Origin: Candidatus Binatia bacterium
Lineage (GTDB): Bacteria; Desulfobacterota; Binatia; UBA9968; JAJDTQ01
Length of the DNA stretch: 64,000 bases
Reading direction: 5' to 3'
Assembly (NCBI GenBank): GCA_963666515.2
Contig: OY762897.2
Coordinates: 3,680,001 to 3,744,000 of the forward strand
Notes under the pieces: generated by a model
What the model saw: only the letters and a program-made list of their open reading frames with translations
Told to the model about the DNA's origin: nothing
The model's database searches: none
Shown here: in pieces, positions 51,976 through 60,253 of the stretch
Layout: each line of letters begins with the position of its first letter
Numbering within the stretch: position 1 is the stretch's first letter
Position numbers and translations under genes: made by a program

Positions 51976-52542
51976 TTACGACTCCGCCAGCACCTTGCGG
52001 AAGCGGTCCCGGTACTCGGTGTTGTAGAGGCGGGGAAAATTCTCCGGGTAGTCTTCTCCGGGCTCCACCTTGAGGTCCACCAGGATGGGGCCGTCCTCCT
52101 TGAGGAGGGTGTCGAGATTCTTGTCCCAGTCCTCCAGGTTGTCGAAGGTGTAGGTGTTGGCGTAGCCGGCTTCCTTGGCCATGCCGGTGAAGGTGAAGCC
52201 GCCGTGGATCGGGATCGGTACGGCGCCGTTGGTCTCGTAGGTGCCGTTCTCGCACACGCAGTGCACGAAGTTCTTCGGCGCGGCGTTGGCGATGGTGACC
52301 AGGGTGCCGAGGTTCATCAGCAGGCTGCCGTCGCCGTCCAGCACCACCACCCGCTTGTCCGGCCGCCCCAGGGCCAGGCCCAGGGCGTGGGACGAGCCCT
52401 GTCCCATGGCGCCGGTGAAGGTGTAGTTGAGGTCGGACGGCGCGATGTGGATCCAGTCCTGGGCCGCCTTGTACACCGCCACCACGATCTCGTCGGTCCG
52501 GTGGCGCGCCAGCACCTTGAGCATTTCGTCGCGTTTCATCAT
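51976..52542 (-). CDS. ThDP-dependent decarboxylase beta subunit (sulfopyruvate/phosphonopyruvate decarboxylase-like)
   Basis: GAMGQGSSHALGLAL, LDGDGSLLMNLG...ENGTYET ThDP-binding motif. Confidence 0.88.
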   Translation of the reverse strand: MMKRDEMLKVLARHRTDEIVVAVYKAAQDWIHIAPSDLNYTFTGAMGQGSSHALGLALGRPDKRVVVLDGDGSLLMNLGTLVTIANAAPKNFVHCVCENGTYETNGAVPIPIHGGFTFTGMAKEAGYANTYTFDNLEDWDKNLDTLLKEDGPILVDLKVEPGEDYPENFPRLYNTEYRDRFRKVLAES

Positions 52543-52544
52543 GA

Positions 52545-53066
52545 TCAGATCGGCTCCCGTCCGATGAGCATGGCCACCGGCCGCTGCTCCGCATAGGCCG
52601 CTTCCACCATGGGCACGACCTGGTCTTCCGTGCCGGGCGCTTCGATGTTGGCGTGCTCGATCTGCATGGCGTCCAGGATCGGCTCGACGATGCGCAGGCC
52701 GTAGCGCTTGGACTGGGTGGGCGGGACGCCGGGCTCCTTCTGGAGCATCCCCACCATCATGCACACCGGGTTCTTCCCCTGCACGGCCACGCCGCGCACC
52801 GCGTTGATGGAGTCCAGCAGCCCCGTGTACTGCATCAGCAGCAGCGAGCGGTGCCCGGCGGCGTAGAGCCCGCTGCAGATGGACACGCCTTCGTCCTCCT
52901 TGCACACCTGCACCACCTGGAAGTCGGGGTCCTTGATCATCGCCTTCAGCACATGCTCGCTGGTGGTGCGGTCCGGCAGCGCCACGATGAACCGGATGCC
53001 CGCCCGCTTGATCTCCCGGATGAGGTCCTGTGCCTTGAGCCTGCCGGCGTCGTTGTCTCCCGCCAC
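52545..53066 (-). CDS. ThDP-dependent decarboxylase alpha subunit (ComD-like)
   Basis: GIRFIVALPD, CKEDEGVSICSGLYAAG, LLMQYTGL..SINA. Confidence 0.88.
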   Translation of the reverse strand: MAGDNDAGRLKAQDLIREIKRAGIRFIVALPDRTTSEHVLKAMIKDPDFQVVQVCKEDEGVSICSGLYAAGHRSLLLMQYTGLLDSINAVRGVAVQGKNPVCMMVGMLQKEPGVPPTQSKRYGLRIVEPILDAMQIEHANIEAPGTEDQVVPMVEAAYAEQRPVAMLIGREPI

Positions 53067-53104
53067 GCTTCACTCCTTCCGTTTCTTCCACCGATTGCCG
53101 ACCT

Positions 53105-53707
53105 CTATACTATGGGGCTTCCTTCGAGGAAAGACTTGAACCTGTCCACGTCCTGGGCCGAATCCGCCCGCAGCTCGCACCAGCGCAGGGCGCCCTCGTA
53201 GAGGCGGACGGTTGGGCCGAGCCCATGGACGGCGGGCAACAGATCCCTCAGGCAGTCGTACCAGGCCCGGCGCTCGTCCCGGTCGGGAGGGTCCGGGTCG
53301 TCCGCGTCCAGGACCTCGCACAGGCGGCGCCATTCCAAGGTGGAGAAGCCCATCCGGAGATCCGCCGGATAGAGGCGCAGGGCGACGGCGCGGGGCCGGG
53401 TGAAGTGCTGGCGCTCGTCGAATTCCAGAATGAATCCGGGGCTTGCTATATAGTCCATGTAGTAGTCGCACGGCGGCATTCGCGGCGTTCGTATGAAGTC
53501 CCCGTAGCCCCGGTGGTCCCGCAGTCCGTCGAAGATGCGTTGCAGCACCTCTCCGATGGCGGTCCCGCGGTACGCATACGGGCTGCTGGGCCAGGGAAAC
53601 GAGTGGTCCTTGCGGCACGCATCCGGATAGAGCGTGGTCAGCAGCTCGTGCAGCCGGGTCTTGCAGTCGCGGCAGTGCTCGGAGTGCCGGGCGGAATTGG
53701 GAATCAC
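53105..53707 (-). CDS. Hypothetical protein with Vsr/DUF559-like endonuclease features; start uncertain
   Basis: [34 protein letters not shown]. The frame stays open upstream through repeats; GTG 53707 chosen provisionally. Confidence 0.6.
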   Translation of the reverse strand: MIPNSARHSEHCRDCKTRLHELLTTLYPDACRKDHSFPWPSSPYAYRGTAIGEVLQRIFDGLRDHRGYGDFIRTPRMPPCDYYMDYIASPGFILEFDERQHFTRPRAVALRLYPADLRMGFSTLEWRRLCEVLDADDPDPPDRDERRAWYDCLRDLLPAVHGLGPTVRLYEGALRWCELRADSAQDVDRFKSFLEGSPIV

Positions 53708-53786
53708 CCGCGTATTATTGGTACTATCCGGACGAGAGGCAATCCCGGTTTCGGATCGGGAACCCTGTTCCGAACCGGGAACCTCG

Positions 53787-53837
53787 GTTTCGGCCCGGGA
53801 ATCCCCGGTTCGGGCCCGGGAAGTTCGGGCCCGGGAA
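53787..53837. repeat. Short direct repeats GTTCGGGCCCGGGAA
   Basis: Perfect tandem 15-mers at 53808-53822 and 53823-53837, degenerate copy at 53787-53801. Confidence 0.75.
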
Positions 53838-53873
53838 CCGTCATTGGCGCGGAAATGCTGCTCAGGCCCCCAT

Positions 53874-53903
53874 CCGTCATTCCGGCGAAAGCCGGAATCC
53901 AGG
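53874..53903. repeat. Single GTCATTCCGGCGAAAGCCGGAATCCAG-family repeat
   Basis: CCGTCATTCCGGCGAAAGCCGGAATCCAGG, identical to 16978-17007. Confidence 0.9.
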
Positions 53904-53924
53904 AGGGGAGGGCGGGGGAAACAA

Positions 53925-54248
53925 ATGGGCTGGACGTACCTGTGCATCGCCGGCGTGTTCGAAGTCGTGTGGGTCATCGGCCTCAAGTACACCGCGGGTT
54001 TCTCCCGGCCGTGGCCGAGCCTCCTGACGGTCGCGGCCATGGCGGTGAGCTTCTACTTCCTGTCGCAGGCGGTGAAGACCCTGCCGGTGGGAACGGCCTA
54101 CGCGGTGTGGACCGGCATCGGCGCGGTGGGCGCGGTGATCCTGGGGATGATCCTGTTCGGCGAGTCCCGGGAGGCGTTGCGGCTGCTGTGCATCGGCCTC
54201 ATCGTGGCCGGCATCGTGGGGCTCAGGCTGGTCTCCAACGAAGGATGA
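53925..54248 (+). CDS. sugE: SMR family efflux transporter, SugE/Gdx type
   Basis: [32 protein letters not shown], 107 aa, 4 TM. Confidence 0.92.
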   Translation: MGWTYLCIAGVFEVVWVIGLKYTAGFSRPWPSLLTVAAMAVSFYFLSQAVKTLPVGTAYAVWTGIGAVGAVILGMILFGESREALRLLCIGLIVAGIVGLRLVSNEG

Positions 54249-54264
54249 ACGCGCGGGAGCTTGA

Positions 54265-54813
54265 ATGAAACGTATCTGTGTCTTTTCGGGGTCCAGCAGC
54301 GGCGCGCTGGACGAGTACGCCCGGACCGCGGAGTCGCTGGGCCGCGAGCTGGCGCGGCGCGGCATCGGGGTGGTCTACGGCGCCGCCTCCATCGGGCTGA
54401 TGGGCTGCGTGGCCGACGCGGCGCTGGAGGAGGGCGGCGAGGTCATCGGCATCATCCCCGAGGCCCTGGTGATGGACGAGGTCGTGCACACCGGTCTCAC
54501 CGAGCTGAAGGTGGTGGGCACCATGCACGAGCGCAAGGCCCTGATGGCGCGGCTGTCGGACGGTTTCATCGCGCTTCCGGGAGGCTACGGCACGCTGGAG
54601 GAGCTGGCGGAGATGATCACGTGGCTGCAGCTCAAGATACACGCCAAGCCGTGCGGCGTCCTGAACGTCCGGGACTACTACGGTCACCTCATCCGCTTCC
54701 TCGACCACGCGGTGGACCAGGGTTTCCTGAAGCAGAAGCACCGCGACAAGCTGCTCATCGCCGACAACGTGGACGACATGCTTGAAGCCCTCGCCGGCTT
54801 CCGCCTCCCTTGA
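54265..54813 (+). CDS. LOG family nucleotide monophosphate nucleosidase (TIGR00730)
   Basis: ICVFSGSS, GLMG, MHERK..M, PGGYGTLEE. Confidence 0.93.
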   Translation: MKRICVFSGSSSGALDEYARTAESLGRELARRGIGVVYGAASIGLMGCVADAALEEGGEVIGIIPEALVMDEVVHTGLTELKVVGTMHERKALMARLSDGFIALPGGYGTLEELAEMITWLQLKIHAKPCGVLNVRDYYGHLIRFLDHAVDQGFLKQKHRDKLLIADNVDDMLEALAGFRLP

Positions 54814-54826
54814 CCCCGGGTGTCGG

Positions 54827-56419
54827 TCACGGGCGGGTCTGAAACCTGCCCCTGAAGGCCAACCCTCTGACCGCGACGGCAACGAGGGTGGCCAGCGTCA
54901 TCAGCCAGGCGAACCAGTCGCCGTAGCGCACGTACACGGTCTCCATCTCCATCAACGGCACCGACGCTTTCAGCACCCCCTCGGAGAACAGCGGCAGCGG
55001 CTCGGACATCCGGCCGGCGGGATCGATGACCGTGGTGACCCCGGTGTTGGTGGCGCGCACCAGGGCGCGGCGGGTTTCGAGGGCGCGCCACCGCGCCAGC
55101 CGCGCGTGCTGCCACGGCGCCGCGGTGCGGCCGTACCAGGCGTCGTTGGTGAGGTTCACCAGCAGGTTGGCGCGGTGGTCCCGGACGAAGCGGCGCGACA
55201 GCGCCGGCATCAGGTCCTCGTAGCAGATGAGCGGGGCCACGCGTGCGCTTGGCGGCAGGCTTCGGAGCCCGTGCTCAAGGACCAGATGATCCGGGGCCAC
55301 TTGCGTGCCTCCCGGCAGGGCGATGGCGCTCTCGATCCCGCCCGGGGTGAAGCCGTCCCCGATGGACGCCACGCCCGGAATCCCGCCGATGAGCCAGGCC
55401 AACGGGACGTATTCGCCGAAGGCCAGCAGCACCCGCTTGTGGTACCGGCCCAGCACCGCCCCCGTGGAATCCACCGCAAACACGCTGTTGTACCGGCGGA
55501 CGCGGTTGCCGGGTCCGCGCCGGTAGCTGAGGGCGCCGAAGATCATGTGCGGGTGGCGCCGCGGCAGCAACGTCGGCGGCACCCTCCCCGCGTTCTCCGG
55601 CAGCCACTGCTCCATGGCGGACTCGGGCCAGAGCACCAGGTCCGCACCGGCGTGTGCCGCGGAGAGGCTCTTGTAGGTCTCTTGGTTGGTCTTGAGGAAC
55701 GCGGCCTTGCCCTTGCGCTCGATGTCGATGTTCCCCTGCACCACCGCCACGTCTAGCTTTCGGGCCGTTCCCGCCGCGGCGGCGACCTGCTCCAGCCGCA
55801 CCTGCCCGTACGCCAGGGCCGCCAGGAGGACCGCGCCTGCGCCCGCGGCGGCAAGGGCCGCCGACCGCGCGGTCCCTTCACCTCGCCGCGCGCGAAGGAG
55901 CTTGTAGAGGGCGGTGCCGGCCCACAGCAGCACGAAGGTGGTGCCGTAGTGGCCCGTCAGGTCCGCCGACTGGTTGAGGGAGGGGAACGCGGTCTGGCTG
56001 GTGGCGAGATACCAGGGAAAGAGGTTGGGGAACCAGAACTCGACGGCGACCCAGAACGCCGGGGGAAAGAGCCCCAGGGGCCCGGTCCCGCACAGGCGCA
56101 CCAGCCCCGCGAACGCCACGAACGGGATGGCCGAATAGACCACGAACAGGAGGAAAATCGCCAGGGCCAGCGCGTAGTTGACGCCGCCGAACACGTGGAT
56201 GGTGTAGACCAGCCAGTGAAAGCCCAGGGCGATGGTGAAGAACCCGGTGAGCGCCCCGGCCAGGAGCGCGTGGCGCCAGTGGCGGGCCCTTTCCAGCGCC
56301 GTGAGCAGCGGGACCGGGACGAACCAAGTCAGAGGGAAGAGGGGCGGCCAGAGGAAGGGGGCGGCAATGAGCCCGGCACTGAGCAGCGACAACCCGAATA
56401 GCGACCTGAACCCAGCCAT
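54827..56419 (-). CDS. lnt: Apolipoprotein N-acyltransferase
   Basis: Multiple TM helices, VQGNI, WPESA, YHKRVLLAFGEYVP, ICYED, TNDAWYG, RATNTGVT. Confidence 0.95.
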   Translation of the reverse strand: MAGFRSLFGLSLLSAGLIAAPFLWPPLFPLTWFVPVPLLTALERARHWRHALLAGALTGFFTIALGFHWLVYTIHVFGGVNYALALAIFLLFVVYSAIPFVAFAGLVRLCGTGPLGLFPPAFWVAVEFWFPNLFPWYLATSQTAFPSLNQSADLTGHYGTTFVLLWAGTALYKLLRARRGEGTARSAALAAAGAGAVLLAALAYGQVRLEQVAAAAGTARKLDVAVVQGNIDIERKGKAAFLKTNQETYKSLSAAHAGADLVLWPESAMEQWLPENAGRVPPTLLPRRHPHMIFGALSYRRGPGNRVRRYNSVFAVDSTGAVLGRYHKRVLLAFGEYVPLAWLIGGIPGVASIGDGFTPGGIESAIALPGGTQVAPDHLVLEHGLRSLPPSARVAPLICYEDLMPALSRRFVRDHRANLLVNLTNDAWYGRTAAPWQHARLARWRALETRRALVRATNTGVTTVIDPAGRMSEPLPLFSEGVLKASVPLMEMETVYVRYGDWFAWLMTLATLVAVAVRGLAFRGRFQTRP

Positions 56420-56606
56420 GAAGCCCGAAGTCTACGGGTCCGGGAAGCGGGCGTCAACGCGCCTTTCCCGCGCTTGAATTCCATTGACAGGAGAATTGCC
56501 GAACGACTAATGTAGTACCCTGCAACGTCCGTCGCATGCGACGGCGCCGTCAGTCCAACCGTGACAACAAGGGGCGCATTCCGGGAAAGGAAAGGGGGAG
56601 AAGAAA

Positions 56607-57638
56607 ATGGGCCAAGCCTTTGTAGATGCCGACGGGCATATCATGGAGCGCGAGAACGAGATCAACGAGCACATCGACCAGAAGTACCTGGGGCGGGGCA
56701 GCCTGAGCTTCCGCCAGATGCTGCCGAGTCTGGACAAGTTCCACACTCCCAGGAGCCGCCACATCGAGCCGGAGGGGATATTCGACGCCTCGGTGGGGCC
56801 GGAGCGCTGGCTGGAGTTCCTCGCCAAGACCGGGATCGAGTCCTCGGTCCTCTATCCCACCGCCGGCCTTTCCTACGGCCAGGTGCACTTCCCCGAGTGG
56901 GCGGCGGCCTACGCTCGGGCCTACAACGACTGGTTTGCCGACAAGTACATCAAGGTGAGCGACCGCTTCAAGGGGGTCGCGCTGATCCCGGTGCAGGACG
57001 TGAAGGCGGCGGTGAAGGAGCTGCGCCGCGCGGTCAAGGACCTAGGCATGGTGTGCGCCATGCTTCCCTCCAACGGCCTCGACCGGCACTACGGCTCCGA
57101 CGAGTTCAACCCGCTCTACGAGGAGGCGGAAAAGCTCGACTGCGCCCTGGCCGTGCACGGAGGCTGCTACGGCGACCTGGGCTTCAACTCGTTCAAGGTG
57201 TTTCCGGCCACACGCGCGCTGGGCATGCCGTTCCCGCTGGCCATCCACATGACCGGGATGATGTCGGAGGGCGTCTTCGACCGCTTCCCCAACCTGCGGG
57301 TGGGGTTTCTCGAAGGCGGCACGGCGTGGATCCCGCTGGTGCTCGACCGGCTGAACCGCGAGGTGGAGTACGGCGGCCTGCAGCTCAAGAAAGACCCCAT
57401 CGAGTACTTCCGCAGCGGAAAGGTCTTCGTCGGCTGCGAGGGCAACGAGGACGTGCTGGTCTACTGCGTCAACCGCATCGGCCACGAGGTCTTCATGTTC
57501 TGCTCCGACTTCCCGCACGAAATCACCATGGACAACTGCATGGAAGAAATCGACGAGATACGCGACCGGGAAGAGCTGACCGACGAGCAGAAGCAGGCGA
57601 TCCTGGGCGACAACGCGCGGAACTTCTACAAGATCTGA
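56607..57638 (+). CDS. Amidohydrolase family protein (amidohydro_2)
   Basis: VDADGH, VLYPT, RAYNDW, DRFPNLRVGFLEGG, FCSDFPHE, ILGDNA..FY. Confidence 0.92.
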   Translation: MGQAFVDADGHIMERENEINEHIDQKYLGRGSLSFRQMLPSLDKFHTPRSRHIEPEGIFDASVGPERWLEFLAKTGIESSVLYPTAGLSYGQVHFPEWAAAYARAYNDWFADKYIKVSDRFKGVALIPVQDVKAAVKELRRAVKDLGMVCAMLPSNGLDRHYGSDEFNPLYEEAEKLDCALAVHGGCYGDLGFNSFKVFPATRALGMPFPLAIHMTGMMSEGVFDRFPNLRVGFLEGGTAWIPLVLDRLNREVEYGGLQLKKDPIEYFRSGKVFVGCEGNEDVLVYCVNRIGHEVFMFCSDFPHEITMDNCMEEIDEIRDREELTDEQKQAILGDNARNFYKI

Positions 57639-57644
57639 GCCCGG

Positions 57645-57676
57645 AGCGGCGGAAGGGGGATACCCCTTCCGCCGCT
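57645..57676. terminator. Strong hairpin after the amidohydrolase gene
   Basis: AGCGGCGGAAGGGG-GATA-CCCCTTCCGCCGCT 14-bp stem, no long T tract. Confidence 0.6.
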
Positions 57677-57704
57677 TGACGCCCCCGCACCGAAGGGCTA
57701 CGAT
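57676..57704 (+). promoter_or_regulatory. Sigma70 promoter of the RRM gene
   Basis: TTGACG, 17 nt, TACGAT. Confidence 0.65.
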
Positions 57705-57866
57705 AGTGGTGTCCCATGGGGACAGACCATCGTAAGTCTCACCTTGCGAAGCCTACGCGAAGGACACCGACCGAGATCGTGGTTCAGAAAAGAATCGTGC
57801 CGTGTTCGACTCCTTTTGCCGTTCGCGCCCAGGGTGTATGGCCATAACGTTTCAGGAGGAGAGCAC

Positions 57867-58142
57867 ATGGAAGGCAGGAGACTCTACATCGGCGGGTTGC
57901 CGTACTCGACCACGGACATGCAGCTTGAGGAAATCTTTTCGGCGCACGGCACCGTCGAGTCCGCTCAGGTGATCATCGACAAGTTCACCGGCCGCTCCCG
58001 CGGCTTCGGCTTCGTGGAGATGGGCACTTCGGACGAGGCCGAGGCCGCGGTCAACGCCCTCAACGAGACCGACCTCGGAGGACGCACCATCACCGTCAAC
58101 GAGGCCCGGCCCCAGCGCCGCGACTTCGGCGGACGCCGCTAG
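57867..58142 (+). CDS. RRM-domain RNA-binding protein
   Basis: RNP2 LYIGGL, RNP1 RGFGFVEM, TITVNEARP. AGGAGG RBS. Confidence 0.96.
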   Translation: MEGRRLYIGGLPYSTTDMQLEEIFSAHGTVESAQVIIDKFTGRSRGFGFVEMGTSDEAEAAVNALNETDLGGRTITVNEARPQRRDFGGRR

Positions 58143-58217
58143 CGCCATCGGGACGCCCGTCGCCGGCGGTTCGGTTCATACCGTCATAACGGGCGCTCGG
58201 GCGCCCTCCGTAACCAC

Positions 58218-58249
58218 CAAGCCGTGGGGCGTACGCGCCTCACGGCTTG
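58218..58249. terminator. Hairpin downstream of the RRM gene
   Basis: CAAGCCGTGGGGCG / CGCCTCACGGCTTG stem. Confidence 0.5.
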
Positions 58250-58342
58250 ATCCCATCCTTTCTTGGCGTAACGCACCATCCGACACCGTCACTCCGGGCC
58301 CTTTCAGTTGACGTGTGGCCGGGTGCGTTCTATCCAGTGCGG

Positions 58343-59146
58343 GTGCCCTACTGTACGGTCAACGGCGTCCGCATCCACTACGACGTGTCGGGGGAGGGCT
58401 TCCCGCTGGTGCTGGTCCACGCCAATCCCTTCGACCGGCGGCTGTGGATGTACCAGGCGGCGCACTTTTCCACCCGCTTCAAGGTCATCAACGTGGACAT
58501 CCGCGGCTACGGCCACTCCGACAAGCCCGAGACCCCGACCTCCATGGCGGAGATGGCGGAGGAAGTGGTGGCGGTGTGCAGGCAGGAAGGGGCCGACGAA
58601 GCCATTGCTGCGGGCATCAGCGTGGGCGGCGTCATGGTATTGCAGATGGGGCTGGACCACCCCGAGATGTTCAAGGCGCTCATCATGGTGGGATGCAGCA
58701 GCCGGCCGTCAGGCGTGTACCAGCACCGCATCGAAGGCTACTCACGGGGGGTCCCCGGTTTCCACGAGGAGCATCTGGAGGCCCTGGTGGCGCCGGAGTT
58801 CGCCGCAAGCCGCCTTGGCCGCTATCTGCTCGACCGTTTCACCGACTGGGACCCCCGGCTCAGCGGCCCGGCCATCGTCGAAATCTTCAAGGCGCTGCAG
58901 AACCGCAACCAGACCGACCGGCTGGCGGAGTTACGCATGCCGGTGCTGGTGATCAACGGCGAGTTCGACAACTCCCGGCGCGGCAGCGAGTTCATGGCCG
59001 GCAGGATCGCAGGCGCGGTCCACCGGGTGGTGCCGGGCACCGGTCACGCTTGCTGCCTCGAAGACCCGGCTACCTTCGACGGCTACGTGAGCGGGTTTCT
59101 CCAACAACACGGGTTCACAGGGTCAACATACGGTCGCGTGCGGTGA
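58343..59146 (+). CDS. Alpha/beta fold hydrolase
   Basis: IHYDVSGEG.PLVLVH, DIRGYGHS, GISVGG nucleophile elbow, GEFD, GH. GTG start inferred. Confidence 0.9.
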   Translation: MPYCTVNGVRIHYDVSGEGFPLVLVHANPFDRRLWMYQAAHFSTRFKVINVDIRGYGHSDKPETPTSMAEMAEEVVAVCRQEGADEAIAAGISVGGVMVLQMGLDHPEMFKALIMVGCSSRPSGVYQHRIEGYSRGVPGFHEEHLEALVAPEFAASRLGRYLLDRFTDWDPRLSGPAIVEIFKALQNRNQTDRLAELRMPVLVINGEFDNSRRGSEFMAGRIAGAVHRVVPGTGHACCLEDPATFDGYVSGFLQQHGFTGSTYGRVR

Positions 59147-60230
59147 CCTCCCACCGTCCCCGGACCCGGCCTTCGCTCACCACCGAGGCGTACGGGTACA
59201 GGGCGGAGGTCGGGCAGATGTGGGTGGGGATCGCCAGCTCGACGTCGCCGGGCCGGTAGCGGGACGCCTGCGCGGTTTCGATCACGAGGTGCTCTTCGTT
59301 GTGTATCACCGCCCTGGCGTCCGCAATGGCTGGGAAACGCAGCCGGCTGCCGGCCGGGGGATCGGAGGCGCAGGCCTTGGAGCCGAGATCGAAGGTTACC
59401 AGGTCGGGCGCGGGCCGGCTGACGACACGGGTCAGGATGAGGGCCGCGGGAACGAACCCCATTTCCGGGAACTTCCGCGCGTAGCCGTCGTCATGCAGAA
59501 CGCACGTGCCCGGACTCAACTCCAGGGAGGGATCGTCCTTGCGGGCATAGAGAGGGAACGTGCCGGTGCCCCCCGCGACGATCGCGGGAACGGCCAGGGA
59601 AGACGACTCCAGCTTGTCGCGAAGCGCCTGCACCGCGTTCCAGCATTCCTCCACCGCGCGCAACCGCTCGTCCACGCCGGTCTGATGGTTCTGCCCGTCG
59701 TAGACGTGCAGCCCGGCCGGCTTCAGATGGCTCGCCCGGTCGATCTGCGCATACAGCTTTTGGGCCTCGGGGCCCGGCGCCAGACCGGTCCGCCCCAGGC
59801 CCGTGTCGATGTCGACGAACACGTGTATATCGGTTCCCGCGCGCGCCATGGCGTCGTTGAGCGCCTCCACCGGTCCGGGGTGGTCCGCGGCCACGGAGAA
59901 CCGCACCTCGGGGAAACGTTGCCGGTAGCGCACCGCGCGGTCGATGTTCGGTCCCACCAGGTTGTAGGCGAGAAACACGTCGCGGGCTCCGCCGGCCGCG
60001 AGCATTTCCGCCTCGGCGAACGTCGCGCACTTGTGCTTGACGATGCCCATGCCCACCTTCAACCGGACCACGTCGATCATCTTGTGGGTCTTGCAGTGCG
60101 GCCGAAGCCGCCCGTCCGCTCCGGCGATGGCCTTCATGAGCGCGACGTTCTCGCGCACGATTTCCTCGAAGACGACCAGCCCCGGCGACAGGATCTCGTC
60201 CGTACGGTCGATGGCGTAGCGCGGTTCCAC
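59115..60230 (-). CDS. D-threonine aldolase/DSD1-family PLP-dependent enzyme (fold type III)
   Basis: LRPHCKTHK, DIDTGLGRTG, GLHVYDGQ, AGGTGT, NEEH, PTHICPT. Confidence 0.92.
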   Translation of the reverse strand: MEPRYAIDRTDEILSPGLVVFEEIVRENVALMKAIAGADGRLRPHCKTHKMIDVVRLKVGMGIVKHKCATFAEAEMLAAGGARDVFLAYNLVGPNIDRAVRYRQRFPEVRFSVAADHPGPVEALNDAMARAGTDIHVFVDIDTGLGRTGLAPGPEAQKLYAQIDRASHLKPAGLHVYDGQNHQTGVDERLRAVEECWNAVQALRDKLESSSLAVPAIVAGGTGTFPLYARKDDPSLELSPGTCVLHDDGYARKFPEMGFVPAALILTRVVSRPAPDLVTFDLGSKACASDPPAGSRLRFPAIADARAVIHNEEHLVIETAQASRYRPGDVELAIPTHICPTSALYPYASVVSEGRVRGRWEVTARDRMLTL

Positions 60231-60253
60231 GGTTTTCTCCCGGGGCGGCGATC

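Noticed and set aside
53700-53924. Guanidine riboswitch upstream of sugE/gdx
   Set aside because: No paired ACGR-loop hairpins or ykkC-type consensus seen; the leader is occupied by the dispersed palindromic repeat.
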